NCBI GenBank assembly: GCA_024704765.1
Contig: JAKMXF010000299.1
Coordinates: 1,092,863 to 1,156,862, forward strand
Source: Oopsacas minuta
Lineage: Eukaryota; Animalia; Porifera
Direction: 5' to 3'
Length of the DNA: 64,000 nucleotides
Each line of letters starts with the position of its first letter. Position 1 is the stretch's first letter. Under the pieces are notes generated by a model. That model ran no database searches. It was not told the origin of the DNA and worked only from the letters and a program-made list of their open reading frames with translations. Below are positions 22,090 through 36,100 of the stretch, in pieces. Position numbers and translations under genes: made by a program.

Positions 22090-22260
22090 TAAAATCTAAC
22101 GGAAATTGGTCTTCTGATCCGAAGGTAATCTTCAATGCTGCACCTACCAGCGTTTAATTTTCGTGCCCATTCCTTTACAGTGGAATACGATAGAGCTTCC
22201 CATGATAAACGGTGACGAGGTCCTCATGTATCTGGAGTGATTTGTCACCGAGTACGGTAC
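22090..22260 (-). mobile_element. Mariner 5' (HTH) fragment
   Basis: HEDLVTV...ALSYSTVKEWARKLNAGRCSIEDYLRIRRP resembles the mariner HTH and linker. Confidence 0.6.
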
Positions 22261-22907
22261 GAATCTTTATGTAAGTTCGTTGTTCGGTTTTGCTTGGTAT
22301 GTGTTTGGAGCCATGAATAAATTGACTCTCGAAAATAGTTAAAATTGAATGTTTGATAGATCAAGATATATAATAGCTAGAGTAAATTGCTCAACAGCAT
22401 TTAATAGGTAATCTATTGGGCTATATATCATGTAATCGAGAAGAGTTTGGCTGCTATAAACTAAGGATGGGAACTATTGAATGCCAAGTATGTTTTAGCA
22501 ATTTGAAAGTTGAATCACTGGTACCACTTATATGTCCAACGTCCTCATCATGGGATTATTACATCATCATAACGATACATAAATTCCCAAATCTTTAGAA
22601 TTATTTAACACTCAATGCATTCTCAATAACTAGAAGTCATGTTGAAGCTGAATTTTCCACAGAAATCCATATAAGGTATTTCGATAGCAATGGATAATAT
22701 ATTATATCATTTCGGCTATTTTGTCACGTAGTGTCGAGTTTTCTGCACGCGTAGCCACCACAATCACTCATAAATTTACCTGTTTAATACTCAAGCTACT
22801 TCCTAGCTAATAAGCTCACGCGCAACGAACTAATGAGCTAAGAGCGTTAGCGCAATTAAATTCTTTACGCTTTTACATTATAGTCGTCTTTTTTCAATTC
22901 TTTTTAG

Positions 22908-23595
22908 GGTATCTGATCATTTATCTCTTCATGATCAGCTGAAAAAGCAAGAAAAACAATTTAGACAGCACTGTAATGATGAAATTTATCGCTTAACATC
23001 TGTCATCAATTCGCTTCGAACCCAGGGTAAACAAGGCACTGATACCTTTTGTGTCGATATACAAAAGATATCTGAACAGAGACAATACGACCATCAAAGG
23101 TATATCAAAGTGAAAAACATATTGGCTAAAAAGACACGTGAAATATCCACGCTTCAAAGGAGGATCGATGATATTCCGAGTAGGGCTGAACTTGCTCAGT
23201 ATCAAAGACGTTTTGTGGAACTTCACAAACTGGTTTCTGCCACTCTGACAGAAACACGTCAATACTTTACTTTATATAATACGCTGAACGACACTCAGAT
23301 ATTTTTGGATAAGGAATTGCAGTTACTGAACATCCTTTACGAAAAGTTTGACACTGCCATGACTAGTCAGAGTAATAAAAATATCTACATTAAGCATTTA
23401 GTTCAATTTTTGGATGAGACTCAGTCAAACCTTGAGAAGCTTGAAATTAAGAAGAACACGAAGAAGGATATGAAGGACATACTTAATGACAATTATGTTT
23501 TGTTGCTTGACCAACAGCGCCAATATTCAAAATTAGTCAGAGATTTTGGTACTCAAATTCGACGTAATGAAGATTTACATACTGTCTTAACTTAA
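22908..23595 (+). CDS. CCDC93: CCDC93 terminal coding exon (coiled-coil)
   Basis: QLKKQEKQFRQHCNDEI...REISTLQRRIDDIPSRAELAQYQRRFVELH...QYFTLYNTLND matches the CCDC93 C-terminus. Polypyrimidine AG acceptor at 22906-22907, phase 2; TAA at 23593-23595. Confidence 0.95.
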
Positions 23596-24249
23596 TACGA
23601 AAATGCTCCTTTGGAGATTGTACAAACTCGCAGTAAAATGGCAGAATACTACACCCTTAACGTAGATTAATTTTTTGTAGATTATTTAACTATATATTCT
23701 TTTCGATAAAATCTGTAATTTATATTTGGAATGTAATATGTTCTCAATTTATATCTTATCAAATCTATCATCTCTCCGATACAAAGTTAATTCTAAGGGC
23801 AGTTTTATAAGTGACGCATACGTAGGGCATTAAGCGCTCCTCATTTTTGGAACGCGCTCTAGCTCCGCGCTTCCAGCTTGAAAAAGGAGCGACGTTCCCA
23901 CCTCCTCTCCTTACTCATAAAGATATGCACTCCAACTCCAAATCGCTGCTCCATTTCATTCTTTCAGATTTACATTAGACTTGTTTTATAAGTAATCCGA
24001 ATTGAATTGACCATTGTGAATTTGATGTGCAACGTAAAACCATTTGAATAAATAGTGAATTATTCACAAGTGTCCTAGCATCCACTTTTTATAGCAAGAA
24101 TGAATTTTGTAGAATAATGATGAAATTTGTAATTATTTGCAATTAAATAGGATCGAGCTCCTTCAAAATGGAGCACCTATCCACCTTCCGCTCCCGAATC
24201 ATATTAGATCGGGCTCCTTTAATGCTCTGTCCATAGACCCTAAAAGTGA

Positions 24250-27200
24250 TCACATGCGAGTAATCTTATAATTGAAGTACACAGAATGGCAACATGAGCA
24301 AGTAGCTAAAAGTTTGACCACTTTATTTATTGCGTTCCTTTCTAAAAAATTGAAACCTATTGATACTTCTAGGAGACTAATGCAGCAGGTGCTAATTTTC
24401 GGCCACGTAAAATAACATCCTTGTTCTCATCCCCCAGGCCACTTCTTCAGAGCTTTACTGTACCTACGCCTATAGTGCAGTGACCTTCCTTGTAAGGGCC
24501 ATTGTAATGAGGCTGTAGGGACATCCATTCTAAGTTCGTTTTTCAAGAGTACTACGGTCCCCAACATGTATGTCTGATGTAGTTGAACTCGCCTTGTATT
24601 ATTCTTTTATCCTGGAGCATAGATAATCCAGATTAGAGTTGACGTCAGAATTCACCCTATATCGGCCCTTCATTGCTTCATCTACCCATGTCTCAGTGAT
24701 AAGTCTCTTGTTATCGCTGTTGAGATTATGTAAAGGAGCAGTGGATAGTGACTTAGGCTCGACATTGTACATCATGATGAATGCAGTATATCCCATGCCA
24801 CGATTAGGGAGGCACTCCTGTAATATTGAGGGCGAAGCATCCCTCTAGATCCAATTGTCTGCAAGAGTGCATCACATGATTGTTTCACCGATTGAATCGA
24901 TCTTTCTACATGACCATCGCCTTCAGATTGATTAGACGGACTATGACGCTCTCAATCCCAAGCTTGATCAACTCCCTAACTACCTTTCCATCCACTTTGG
25001 GTCCCTGGTCGCTCACCATTATTGCTGAGGTCCATGTCTATTTACCGAGCCATAAAGCAGTTACTTGCAAATAGACTCGGCTGTTTGGTCACACATCGGA
25101 TAAATCTCTACTTATTTGGATAACAGTCATTAGTAGGAAATGTTGTTGACTATCGTTTGAACATTTCAAGGTCGCAATGTCATACGCTATTGCATATCCA
25201 GGCTTTGAACGAGTTTTACTCGCTCGAGGTGATGTACAGTAGCACGAAACGCTTGTAATGTGGAAATAGGCACTTGGATGTAAGATAACTCCCTTCAATG
25301 TGGTATCATTTTATAGGAAATCGAATGCTTCAATTTTTTTTCAATGGCTTATGAGGAAGTTATCACATCATAATTAATATATTAATAATGAGGTTATATT
25401 AAATTTGACCCTTTTGAACAGTATATTTTCGATTGCGTAATAAATGGGATCACTCTGAGAGACCAAACGAAGGAATATATCCTAAGTTTCTTCGAAGAAG
25501 AATTTCTGAGGGAGGCGATACCTGAACCTCCGAATATACTTAGTGCATGCTTCTAGACTTTCTTCAGGCAATTCTTCAAGTCCATAACCATCGTTGAAAT
25601 TGGAAATAATTTCTGGAGTGTTCGCGAGAAGCTTATGTAACGTAGGAGTGATATTAATTCAAGGAAACTTGTCTGAAGATCATTGTATAAACCTCGAGGT
25701 ACACATGTGAGAGCTGTCCACTATCAACCAATCTACTACGATCATAAACTCTGATGATGGCTCCATGGTGTGTATGAATTACTGTTATTGATAGTTTATA
25801 ATCATGAGGGATCCAGTAAAGGAAATCCACGTCATTGTAATTCTCTTTAATTAAACATCGTCTGGCAACATTTCCAGTAGTTGAGGTCCACCCTTGTGTG
25901 AAGGGATATCAATAAGTAAATTCAACTTATCTTTGATTAAACCAGAAATAAAACATTTAGTATCTTTAATTTTTGTTGAAGTTGGAGACTACTTTGGTTT
26001 TCCTTCGTGTAAATGACTAACTAAAGATAAGAACCAGTCAAAGCAACGGGGGTATCCATGTAAAGGAGAACTTAGAACAATGTTTAACTCCAATATCGGG
26101 TGTGAGTTCTATTGAATATTTCGTTAATTTGAGCGAGAGAAATTCTTCTTCATTGACTTCTTCAAATGTGACTTTGGCTTAAATGATAAACATATTCATT
26201 AGAAACTCTTGATTGACGAGGTCCAGGCCATGAATCTGAGCGAATGTAGCTGTAGCTGTGCAGAACTGGCAACACGCATCACCAGCTCCACTAATAATCT
26301 TGGCAATTTTTCTTATCTATCTGCCAACGGAGAATCTCTACTTTAGCAGTTCCGTTGTTAAGCTCTAAACCACTTGCTTCTATTTGAGTTGCTTCTGATT
26401 TATTAACGTATTAATTAGAATTTCAATATTCTGTTCATTTTCCTGTAGAGCCAGTGTAATCGTCTCATTAAGAAAGGGGAATTTTGGTATTGCATTTTTC
26501 CAAATTAACTCATTTTCAGCATTAGAGATTGACAGCACTTTGTTAGCCAATACAATAGCATTTTTCGTTGATTAGTCAGGATGAGTCACTTGCTGGTAAA
26601 CACGGTTACAGCCAGATCCATCCAGTCCGCCCGAATTTCGAAGCTTCAAGTTGTTATTGTCCTCACAAGTTGCAAACTCTGACAAAATTCTTTCTACTAT
26701 ATATGTTAGATGCCTACGATATGACACACCAATACCAATACGAGAAATATTATTGGAGTAGAATACGCAAGTCAGTTAAGTAAGTGTGCAATCAATGCCT
26801 CATTTGTCCAGTAACAAAATACTTATCAGAGAAACGAACTCTTGATGTGACAGTTATATCCCATTGTTTGATTCACTACCAGAGTATTTTTGTTATTAAT
26901 TTAGGGCAGAGGAGTAAATTCCTGAGGTTTGAATCATTCCTTTATCATCATCTCGAAGTAGTACTGATCCTACTGCTGTTTTAGAAGCATCACATTCTAA
27001 GACAAATGGACATTCCAACTTATGAAATGCTAGTGATATACGATGAGAATCTTATTCCTGTTGGAGCATTTGGAAACTTTTATTACACTTCTGTCTATTC
27101 CCAAGTTACTTCTTTCCTGTAAGCTGTTCAATGGTTCAGTTTTTTCGGAATGTTTGTGGTATGTACTCTTGGTACCAAGGTAATCAATCGCAAGAATCTT

Positions 27201-28500
27201 AAATCATCATTTTTGCATGTGGGCTGCTTGCAGTCCTTGATTTTCCGTATTGTTCCAAGTAATGGTCTCCTTCCTGATCTAGACACCAAGTGATCTAAGA
27301 ATTCTAATTCTTCAATGCCAAATTTACAATCGTCTCCTCTCAGTTCTACATCATTTCTTTCCAAATCGCTTAGAGTTCTATCAAAATTGTCAAGGTGTTC
27401 TTCTGGGGTCCTGGCATGTTTGATGATGTCATCAACAAACGACAAAATACCCCTGGAATCTCTAAGAAAGTTGTCTAATGCTCTTTGACAGAATCCCTCT
27501 TCAGGATGCTCCAATAAGCTGATGCACTAATGATGTAGACACCCTGCTATCACCCATCCTGTCAAATACATCTTTACAGTCTGGCATTGGATACGAGTCC
27601 TGATAGATTCCTTTTACAATTTTGGTGATACTCTCTGAGGGCTGTTTCGTTTATTCTTTCAAAACTGTCTTCTCGAGATGATTGTTTGGCACTGCAATTT
27701 ATACTTCTAATTCATGATTAAACACTTGTCTATCTACTACATTGAGGAGTAATTCAATTTTACCACGCACCTTTACTGACTCAATACCTAGACCAAAAAC
27801 TTTGCTTTCGTGTCTGATTAGCTGTAAACCATTATTCCTTACTGTGTTAACGTCCACTACGGACGGTTTGGCACAAGTTTCAAATAATGCTTCAAACGGT
27901 ATACCAATAAATGAAGTGTTTATAAGTACTGATGTTTTATGACAGATGTGTTGTGGTGATGACACTACACTGACTTTATTTCCTATGCTCCACTTGGTCG
28001 GGTCTGAACCGGTATCTCTGGAATAGAGTAACCAGTGGCCTTTCTTCCCTCTGTGCATCGGCTATGAAATGTTGATCTGAACCACAAGATAGCAGTATCC
28101 TCTTCTAACATTATCCTTTGGTATCTAGGCCTCGACTTTGATAGTAATTATACTTAGTTTTTACCACGTTAACGCTAACAATTACTTCATTCATAGTTCT
28201 TGATTTGGTATCCTCGCTCTCCCTATCATGTTCTTTTACCTTTTCTTCGATGCTTTTGGGGCTTATTTCAGAGATTCTACCTAGGTTTCTATATCCATTA
28301 TACAATTGGATTTCCGTTTCCGGGAGTACCTGCCTTACTCGCTGCATGAAGACTCTAGCATGCTGGTTAGACATTTCATCATGGGAAGTTTGTCAAACTC
28401 CATAATTTCCTTTTCACGCTCTCTTGAAGTTGGAAAATAATACGCTGCATCGTAGATACATTGAGGCTTCTAGTTCTGTTTCTGATTCCTTTGGACGCTA
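24250..28500 (-). mobile_element. Gypsy/Ty3 LTR retrotransposon remnant (gag-PR-RT-RNaseH-INT), interrupted at 25294-26770
   Basis: Protease-like region 27700-27950; RT YPMPDC...SFVDDII...CKFG...EFLDH (27128-27620); RNaseH PFVLECDASKTAVGSVLL (26900-27010); integrase SDQGPKVDG...GDGHVERSIQSVK (24430-25293); purine tract near 24420-24440 followed by an LTR-like segment with AATAAA. Confidence 0.85.
25294..26770 (-). mobile_element. RAG1/Transib-like transposase copy 3 (divergent subfamily, 5'-truncated)
   Basis: GGLDGSG (26611-26631), WKNAIP(NS)PFL, KIISGAGDACCQFCTAT, SSPLHGYPRCFDWF, TSTTGNVARRC, ITPTLHKLLA, EELPEESLEACTKYIRRFR, DIFLRLVSQSDP; possible eroded terminus CAATGTGG near 25296. Confidence 0.8.
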
Positions 28501-28884
28501 AAAATAAAATCAAAAATTTCTCTTGCTTCCCAGTCGGTCCGGCGTAAACTTACTAGTGTTGCTTGAGATTTTGAAAACTTCACCTAAAACATTAGTTTCT
28601 GTGATGACTTTGAGATTTCCATCAGATTTGAATTATACCTAATCAGGATTGAATTGAAACAATGTACATTCGGGAAATTGTTAAATGTGCTACGCCAAAC
28701 AGTTTCATTAAATCGTGATTTATACAAAAATGTCCCACCATTCAATTCTATAGCAAGAATATGGAATTTTATACAAAATTATTATGAAATTTATAATTAC
28801 AGTAGACTCTCGCTAATCCAACATCGCCCAACGCTTTACACAAATCGTTAAATTGTCTAACATTCAAAAACATGGGCCGATATA

Positions 28885-30189
28885 CGAGGGGCACTCGAAA
28901 AGTTTTATCGTTTATATACTTATATAATAGGTATTACATATATTATGGTCACATTTTATCAAAAACTTGCCCTGACATTCTATACACCTTGTCATGCGTT
29001 TAAACCAGGTATCAAAGCACATTTTCGATTCTTCTTTGGGTATCTCCTCAATTGCTAAGAAAAGTGGCCGGTCAACTCTTCATTGCTGAAAAATCTCCTC
29101 CCACCAAGTTGATCTTTCAGCTTTGGAAATAACCAAAAATCGCAAGGGGCTAGATCTGGACTGTAGTGTGGGTGGGATAGCGTTCCGATCCTAGAATTCT
29201 CTAAAAACTCACGAGTTCTTAGTGCTGCATGTAATGAAGCATTATCGTGGTGAAGCAGGATCCCTCGGACACCTGACTTCTCACGTTGTTTTTCGATAGC
29301 ACTGAATACTTTCGAAGACATATTGTGATATACCAGTCAGCGGTAACTGTCTTCCTATCCTCAAGTACAATTGCTAAAAAAAATCCACCACGTCTAAATA
29401 AAATCGCCCACATCTGCTTTCCGACTGATCTAATTCTCCGGACCTTTGTTTGAGGTAACCACCTTCTTCGACCACTCCTTGATTGTCTCTTCGTTTCTGG
29501 ATCATAGTGGTATATCCATGTCTCATCGCCTGTGAGTATTTCAGAAACAACTCTAGAAGTTCCATTAACAAATCTTTTAAGCATAATTTTGCAAAAGTCC
29601 ACTTGGCACTTTTTCTGATCGGAGGACAAAGAATTCGGGATTCAACATGCGCATAACTTTCTAAGACCGAGCTCTTTATGTAAGATGACGTTTATACTCC
29701 CCGATGACAATTTGGTTTCATGTTCTAACTGAGCGTAAGTAACATGAGGGTCTTTTGTTACTTCGTCCAACACCAGCTCTACATTTTCGACCGTGTGTGT
29801 AATACTGGGCCTACCAGGATGGGGGACCATCTTCAAGAATAAAATTTCCATGGATAAACTCTGGGTACCATCGCTCTACTGTTCTCAAATAAGGAGCTAT
29901 ATTTGGGAAGTGCTTCTGCAAATTTTCGTGAATTTCCAAACGGCTCTTCTAAAGTTTGAACAAAATTAAAATCATCGCTCTAAAATCGCGTTTTGTGAGG
30001 TCAGATTCTGGTTGAGGAATCATACAAGCCATAGCTTTTAGAAATCAAGCAATCCGAAAAGTACAAAAGATAAACTTATGAAATTTGTTATACAGGTAAA
30101 TAATATGTGTCTAAATATATATAAAATAATTTTATTAGAAAATACTTGTGGTTTAATAACTAACGACAAAACTTTTCGAGTGCCCTTCG
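28885..30189 (-). mobile_element. Mariner (DD34D) element, full-length, degenerate
   Basis: TIRs CGAGGGGCACTCGAAAAGTTT / AAACTTTTCGAGTGCCCTTCG; TGDETW, HHDNA and YSPDLAPCD (34-residue spacing) spread over three frames. Confidence 0.93.
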
Positions 30190-31596
30190 TGTATCTACTT
30201 CTACTGCAGACCAATATCAAATACTATATTACCCCTGTTGGACGGAATTCCCTCGTTTGTACAACTTTCGAAAGAATGGGCATCCATATTATACAGTATT
30301 TTCTCAATGCATTTTGCTATTCTGCACAATTTCACTAATCCGAACGAATTATTCTGAAATCGGCACAGTGGTGTTGGATAAGCGAAGATGTGTTAGAGAC
30401 TTAGAGTAGTAGGTAAATTAAGTTGATTAGGAAACCGCCGGAAGTTGATTTACCAGATATATTCATTAGATATTTAGAGCAAATTAGTAGGACTACAGAA
30501 ATTAATGGTTATAGTAGAAAATTTAGATTGAGTAAATTCCATCTAAAATAATTATTCTTGCTTGTCTTAGCAAATAAACATTATTTGGTTTAGTATTCGA
30601 GTTTACTCGTATCATAAAATCACAATTATACTCATGGCGAAAAGGATGTTAAAACCACAATAAAACCGATCCAGCAACGACCTTATCTAGGAAGCCGTAT
30701 TACCATTCCACTACTGCAAGCTGGAGAGAGGATATATAAGTGAAGGCCATCTTTATGGGCGCTATTAGTGATCTTCTCAAATTCGAAGTCGGGGAGAAAT
30801 TATCATTACAGATGTTGCCACCATATATGTAGGAGAAAACAGGAATTAGTACGTGATGGATGAAAAGGAGCACATTGAAGCGTGCTCCATATTTCCTAGA
30901 GTGAGGAGCTCTAATGCTCTGTATGCTCCTAAACTTGCCCTTGTGGGGTGTTTTGCCCCCACTCCATCTCTAAGGTACCTAACATGGCACAGTGGAGTAG
31001 TTTTTCCCTCCTCCCTGCTATATAAAACCCCTGCTCGACAATCCGATGGTTTAGTAGTTATAGCAACCAGAATTCTCCCCAAGCGACCAAAGAATTGTGA
31101 ATTTGGGCTTAGTTGTGCTAGATGGTGGCTAAGTTAGCCTTCAGAGAATTTCAATTTGTTTAGCGTTGCCTAGCATGACTCAGTTGGTAGTTTTTCATCC
31201 TACTCCATGCAAAATAGCTTGCCTAGGTGGAGAGGTTTGTAGCTCACTCTATGGTACCTAACTTGCCTAACTGTTTAGTTTTGTATCCCACTCTACGTAT
31301 ACTACTAGCTTGCCTGAGTGGGGAATGCAAGTAACCCATATTTCCTGGGGTACAAATATACCCCACAAATTTCGTGTCCCAGAAAACTTTTTGACCATGT
31401 TCGAAGGACGGTTTTCGATAGTTAAAGTGTTTGGACCATATATTCGAAGGTGTATCCCTCCCTGTCCATGCTAAATAATTGTTGTTAATCCTATATTACG
31501 AAAAGTATTCATTCTTCTCTAGTCATTTGAAGTATTTCTTATAACCTTCGAGACTCAGGTTCCCCCTGGAGTAGCAGAGTGATCCTTGTGACGAGA

Positions 31597-31800
31597 CAGA
31601 ATAGCCTATTGGTAGTAAATATCCAACTTCCCATTCCTCAGTAATGCATTTTCATGTGATATTTCTGAAATTATTGCGTTATGTTACAAATGACCAAATA
31701 TAGGAAAATCCACGATTACTTAAAATTGGTACTAGTTAACACGTCAAAATGTAGATAAGGATGTGAGAAATTGGATATTTACTACAAATAGGCTATTCTG
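31597..31800. mobile_element. Short foldback MITE
   Basis: 30-bp inverted repeat CAGAATAGCCTATTGGTAGTAAATATCCAA / TTGGATATTTACTACAAATAGGCTATTCTG (1 mismatch); no clear TSD. Confidence 0.6.
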
Positions 31801-32355
31801 ATTTGAGCTTAACTTTTAAGATTATCGAATTTTAATTGTAAATCACAAATGTGCCATCCATAGTATCCCCAGTAACTCAAGAACCAGCTAACTTCATCAT
31901 GAAACTTTTGATATTTTACAAAAAGCTATCTATAGATCACTTCATATGCTCGCATTGAAATGAAAGATGCAAGACCATTCTAGGAGGCATCAAATAATGG
32001 CATATTAAAACAAATAATTACTTACTAGCCACATATTTTCACACATTCGTGAATTTTTAGTATAAGCATAACGGTTGATAATAAATTGTTCCACATATAT
32101 GCACCGTTCCTGTAATATTGACTCTACACGTAAAATATCTTCATCTCCGACCGCATTCCTGAGCAAAATTTACAAGAGATTGGCAGGACTTATGGTAGAT
32201 TTGGCTATCCTCATGCGTATCTCTTTGTTCCCAAGCGAATTTATCTATGAGTTTGATGTTTGGATATCAGATTCAGATATAGCAATGCATTCTTCAATTT
32301 GAGTTGCATCCTTAATTTGAGGCAGTCTATCACTTCCCTGGTAGATCATGCATAC

Positions 32356-32641
32356 CAGGGCCGTAGCCAGAGCATAGTGTTAGGAGGGGCTAGGTAAACT
32401 TTAGGGAGGGCTTGGATACTTAAGATTTTTATATCTATTTTTTTGGGGTAGGCCCATACCCTAACTCCCCAAGCAACTTTGGGTGAAGATAAAATTACTT
32501 AGTTCATAAATATTCAGACGACTCTGCTATTCTATAGTTTCGCTTAGTAATCGTGTACATTGTGATATTCCAATGAACTACAAAATTTACGTAGTTAAAT
32601 TTGCTAGGGGGCTGAGCCCCCCCTTCCTAGCTACGGCCTTG
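32356..32641. mobile_element. hAT-type MITE
   Basis: TIRs CAGGGCCGTAGCCAG / CTAGCTACGGCCTTG; degenerate 8-bp TSD ATGCATAC vs ATACATGC (6/8). Confidence 0.75.
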
Positions 32642-33309
32642 ATACATGCCTGAAAAGATATGGGAAGATGATTACGCAATATTCTTTCTTCGGTGTCTAT
32701 TGTGCAATGAACAGGGAGTTTATCCCTAGAAGGATCTTCAATATGACGAGAGAGTGACCCAACTTGAAAACACAATGACTACTTCGTTTCCTCAATTATT
32801 TAATTTGAATATAGATTGGACAATAACATTTTACGATCCTCAATAATGGGTATCAATTTAGTAGGAACAAATTTCCGAAAGCGTATCCGACAAATGGACG
32901 CAATTACTTCCATATGAAATTCTGTCATTTTGAATTGTATAATCAATTTAATATATTGAATAGAGCATAAGATGAGGTGTTAGTTAATTGAATTCAAATG
33001 ATTGTTCACAATACATACTTTGAATTGAATTTATAGAACCAATAATTTTTAAGGGTTGCGGTTTAACAATCTTAGTTAAGTTCTGGTCAAATACATGTAC
33101 GTAATCCAAATCAGAAAAGTGAGAAATGTTCTCAAGGAATCTGTTGGACCGTGAAATATTCAGGAAATGTTATTTTTTGGTTTATTACGTCACTAAGTAT
33201 GGAAACCACTAAAATTTTGCAAGTGATCATGAATATATTCAGCCTAAGTAGTAAATATTCAACTTCATAATATTAGTATTTATCAAATGTATTGATTTTG
33301 GTAGCATAA

Positions 33310-34418
33310 CCGATTACAGCCGAGGTGATACGTTCCCAACGAAAGAAACACGATAATTCTACTACTTTGGTTTAACCACTTGCTCCCAAATCGATATTTC
33401 AGCACTTTTTGAAGTGATAAATCACACTTTATCCCGGCCGTATTCAATTAAAAATGAATGTAAGATTTAGGGAATATGGACTTTGAAAGGTGACTGAGAA
33501 CTAATGAAAAACTAATTTTCCTAAAGCCATGTTATTGATTAAACACTATCCCACCAACCAAGTAATACTTGGGATAGGAATATATGTTATACATCGTACT
33601 GGCTCATTTTTCAGGAATTCAAAATACATTTAGGCATCAGCATGTAGACATATCAGATATGTCTCAGAAACGAAATTAATCAGTGTATACTATTAAGGGT
33701 GTATAAAATCTCCCTCGAATAATGTGGCGGCTGGAAAAATTGGACAACTTGACAAATTACAAAATAATGAAGATATCTTGAGAATGTGAACCTTCCCAAA
33801 AAGCAATATCTAGTTATATCAAATAATCCAAAAAAATCCTGGTTGACTAAATAATCGAAAAAAGGGTTCATTAAATTCACCCATTATGCTACTTAAAAAC
33901 TAGAATGCATAGGAATTTATTGATTTTAACTTAAAATCCTAGTCATGTGCCAAATTTTGAAGAATACAATCCCAATTGAATACAGACAGTATCCTAGTGC
34001 TAAACCTCGGAAAAATATCGACAGAACGCCGGTATTGTTCCCAGTTTTTGGAAATTCATGCAATTAATGAGCACAGTTTCAGTGACAAATATCAACAATA
34101 AATTTCTAATAAATTTCTAACAGAATGAGAATACAATTTTGGCAAGATATCCAACAAAATTCAACAACAAAAAAGGTCCCAATTAGCCCGTGAATAGGGA
34201 ACAATACACCTTTGGCCAATTTCATGGTAATTGACCAAATTTCTTTGGAAAAACACCAGGGACTTCTTTCTGCATTTTCTATCAACGATATTCTGCGGGA
34301 AATATGTGATTGAAAAACAAAAAAGGTGCAGAAATCTCGATTTGGGTCTGGGAATTTGTTAAAACTTAAATTTATAGTGTTCCTTTTCGTCACGAAGGTA
34401 ACACTTCGGCGTGATCGG
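33310..34418. mobile_element. piggyBac-type non-autonomous element with ~100-bp imperfect TIRs
   Basis: (A)TAA-CCGATTACAGCCGAGGTGATACGTT... versus ...GTAACACTTCGGCGTGATCGG-TTAA; no transposase ORF. Confidence 0.6.
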
Positions 34419-34941
34419 TTAAGAGGATGTTTTTCTTAAAATGGATAATTTTGTATCTGAAATGTTTGAAAATACGGTGCAGGGTATACGCACCTTTTGT
34501 TACATGCATTTGCACCAGTGTACATATATATGGTACAATAATAGGTTGGAGTGTAGATTACATACATGTAAACTGGTGCATATTCACTTATGATCTATAT
34601 TGGCTACACGTGTATATATGATGCAGTGTACCCGCACAGACTGAAGCAATCAACAATTTCCATACAGTTAATACTATATTGGGCCTATTCTTGATAGGTC
34701 AAATACTCAATACAAGTGCTTGACAAATCCCATCGTTTGGTGGTTCCAGAATCTTTCCCTAAACCACCAAAAATCCGTGTATTTTGCTTAGTTATGAGAG
34801 ACAGTGGTTAGGTTAGCCACCACGGAATTTCATTTTTACCGAGCGCCGAGTCAATCTATAAATGAATACAACCCGTAATCTACGTATTCTGAGAAATAAA
34901 TTACTAAGATTCCTATAAAATATACTAAATACTCCTAAGTA

Positions 34942-36100
34942 GAGGGCGTAGCAAAAGTGTTGTCCCATCGGATTATTAGAAATATCTTTGAGTAATATCT
35001 AAAAATTATCTATATTCATTTGTATATATAATCGCCCAACATTTCTAGAACCATTTTAATTGTATTGGGCATGCTTATCACTAATTTTTCTAAAATCTCT
35101 GAAGTTATGTCTTGCCATGAAAATTTCAATCTTCTAATTAATTAGTCCCGATTGGTCATCTAGCTATTTTCGTTAATCTTCCCTTTCAATGTAGCCTAAA
35201 GATTTTCAATTTGGTTTAGATAAGGAGAAGTAAGCTTTCTGCCTAAACCCGTTTAGATTATTCCGGTACAACTCTTGAGTCAATTTTGGCGTTGGGGCTC
35301 GAGCACTATCTTGCATAAAAATGTAACCGGACATGTTTTTCAACATTGCCCGCTCTGAAACATGTCCCGTATTCGCAGTACGATTGATGGTATGTCCACA
35401 AGTCTTGGCTAATATTTCATTACTGTAATATAGCGAGTTTATACTCTGCCCATGCGGAATTATGTAGAACTCAGAGAGTACTCGATGGGACATAAGTCCC
35501 CAGACCTGAAATTTTGAGGAAATTTCATTGACATGATGCACGGAACATCTTTGGTTGTTTTAGCCCAAACTCGATCATTATGCTGATTGGGTGTTGCGTA
35601 CAGCTCAAAGGGAGACTCATCAGACCAAAGAACCCTTTTCCAGTCTTCCACCCCCCAATTTTGATGTTTTGGGAAAGTTTAGTCGGCCTTGAATGTTTTT
35701 TGTTAATAAACGGGAAGTTTTTGCCTCTTAAACGCTGATGCACCAACAGAATTCTTCAAATGCCGATAGATTGTAATGTGAGAGACAGGTCACTACTTTC
35801 ATTCAACTTCTTTGTGATCTTTCGAGTTGATTGCCCTCTTTACCTAAGGTTTTCAAGATAATATATTCCTGAACCCGACTAATAATCGGCGGCCTGGCAG
35901 AACGGGTCTTGATCTCGATACTTATTTCCTTTTTTTAGGTACTGCACCACCTCTTGAGAGATCTTACTGAAACCTTCAAAGCGAGAGCCACCTTTTGCTG
36001 TGAATAGCACTTTTTAGCATCCCTATTGCTCCGAAACGAATCTCTAAACCGTAGTCGCGGACATTTTAAGAAATCCGGATAAAAATATGAGAAATAATGT
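34942..36100 (-). mobile_element. Second Tc1-like DD37E-family element, degenerate
   Basis: VLWSDESPFEL, FQVWGLMSHRVLSE and NRTANTGHVSERAMLKNMSGYIFMQDSA share the loop seen in 16381-17719. TIR-like GAGGGCGTAGCAAAAGTG at 34942; the other end is not recognisable. Confidence 0.8.

Noticed and set aside
23800-24245. Harbinger-like MITE
   Set aside because: GGAGC/GCTCC motifs and TAA flanks are suggestive, but the putative TIRs match poorly.
30364-30800. CACAGTG at 30364 as another Transib end
   Set aside because: No subterminal similarity to the family and no partner end; a 7-mer can occur by chance.
30855-31329. Solo LTR (TG..CA, TATA-like motif)
   Set aside because: No TSD and no second copy in the window; cannot be supported.
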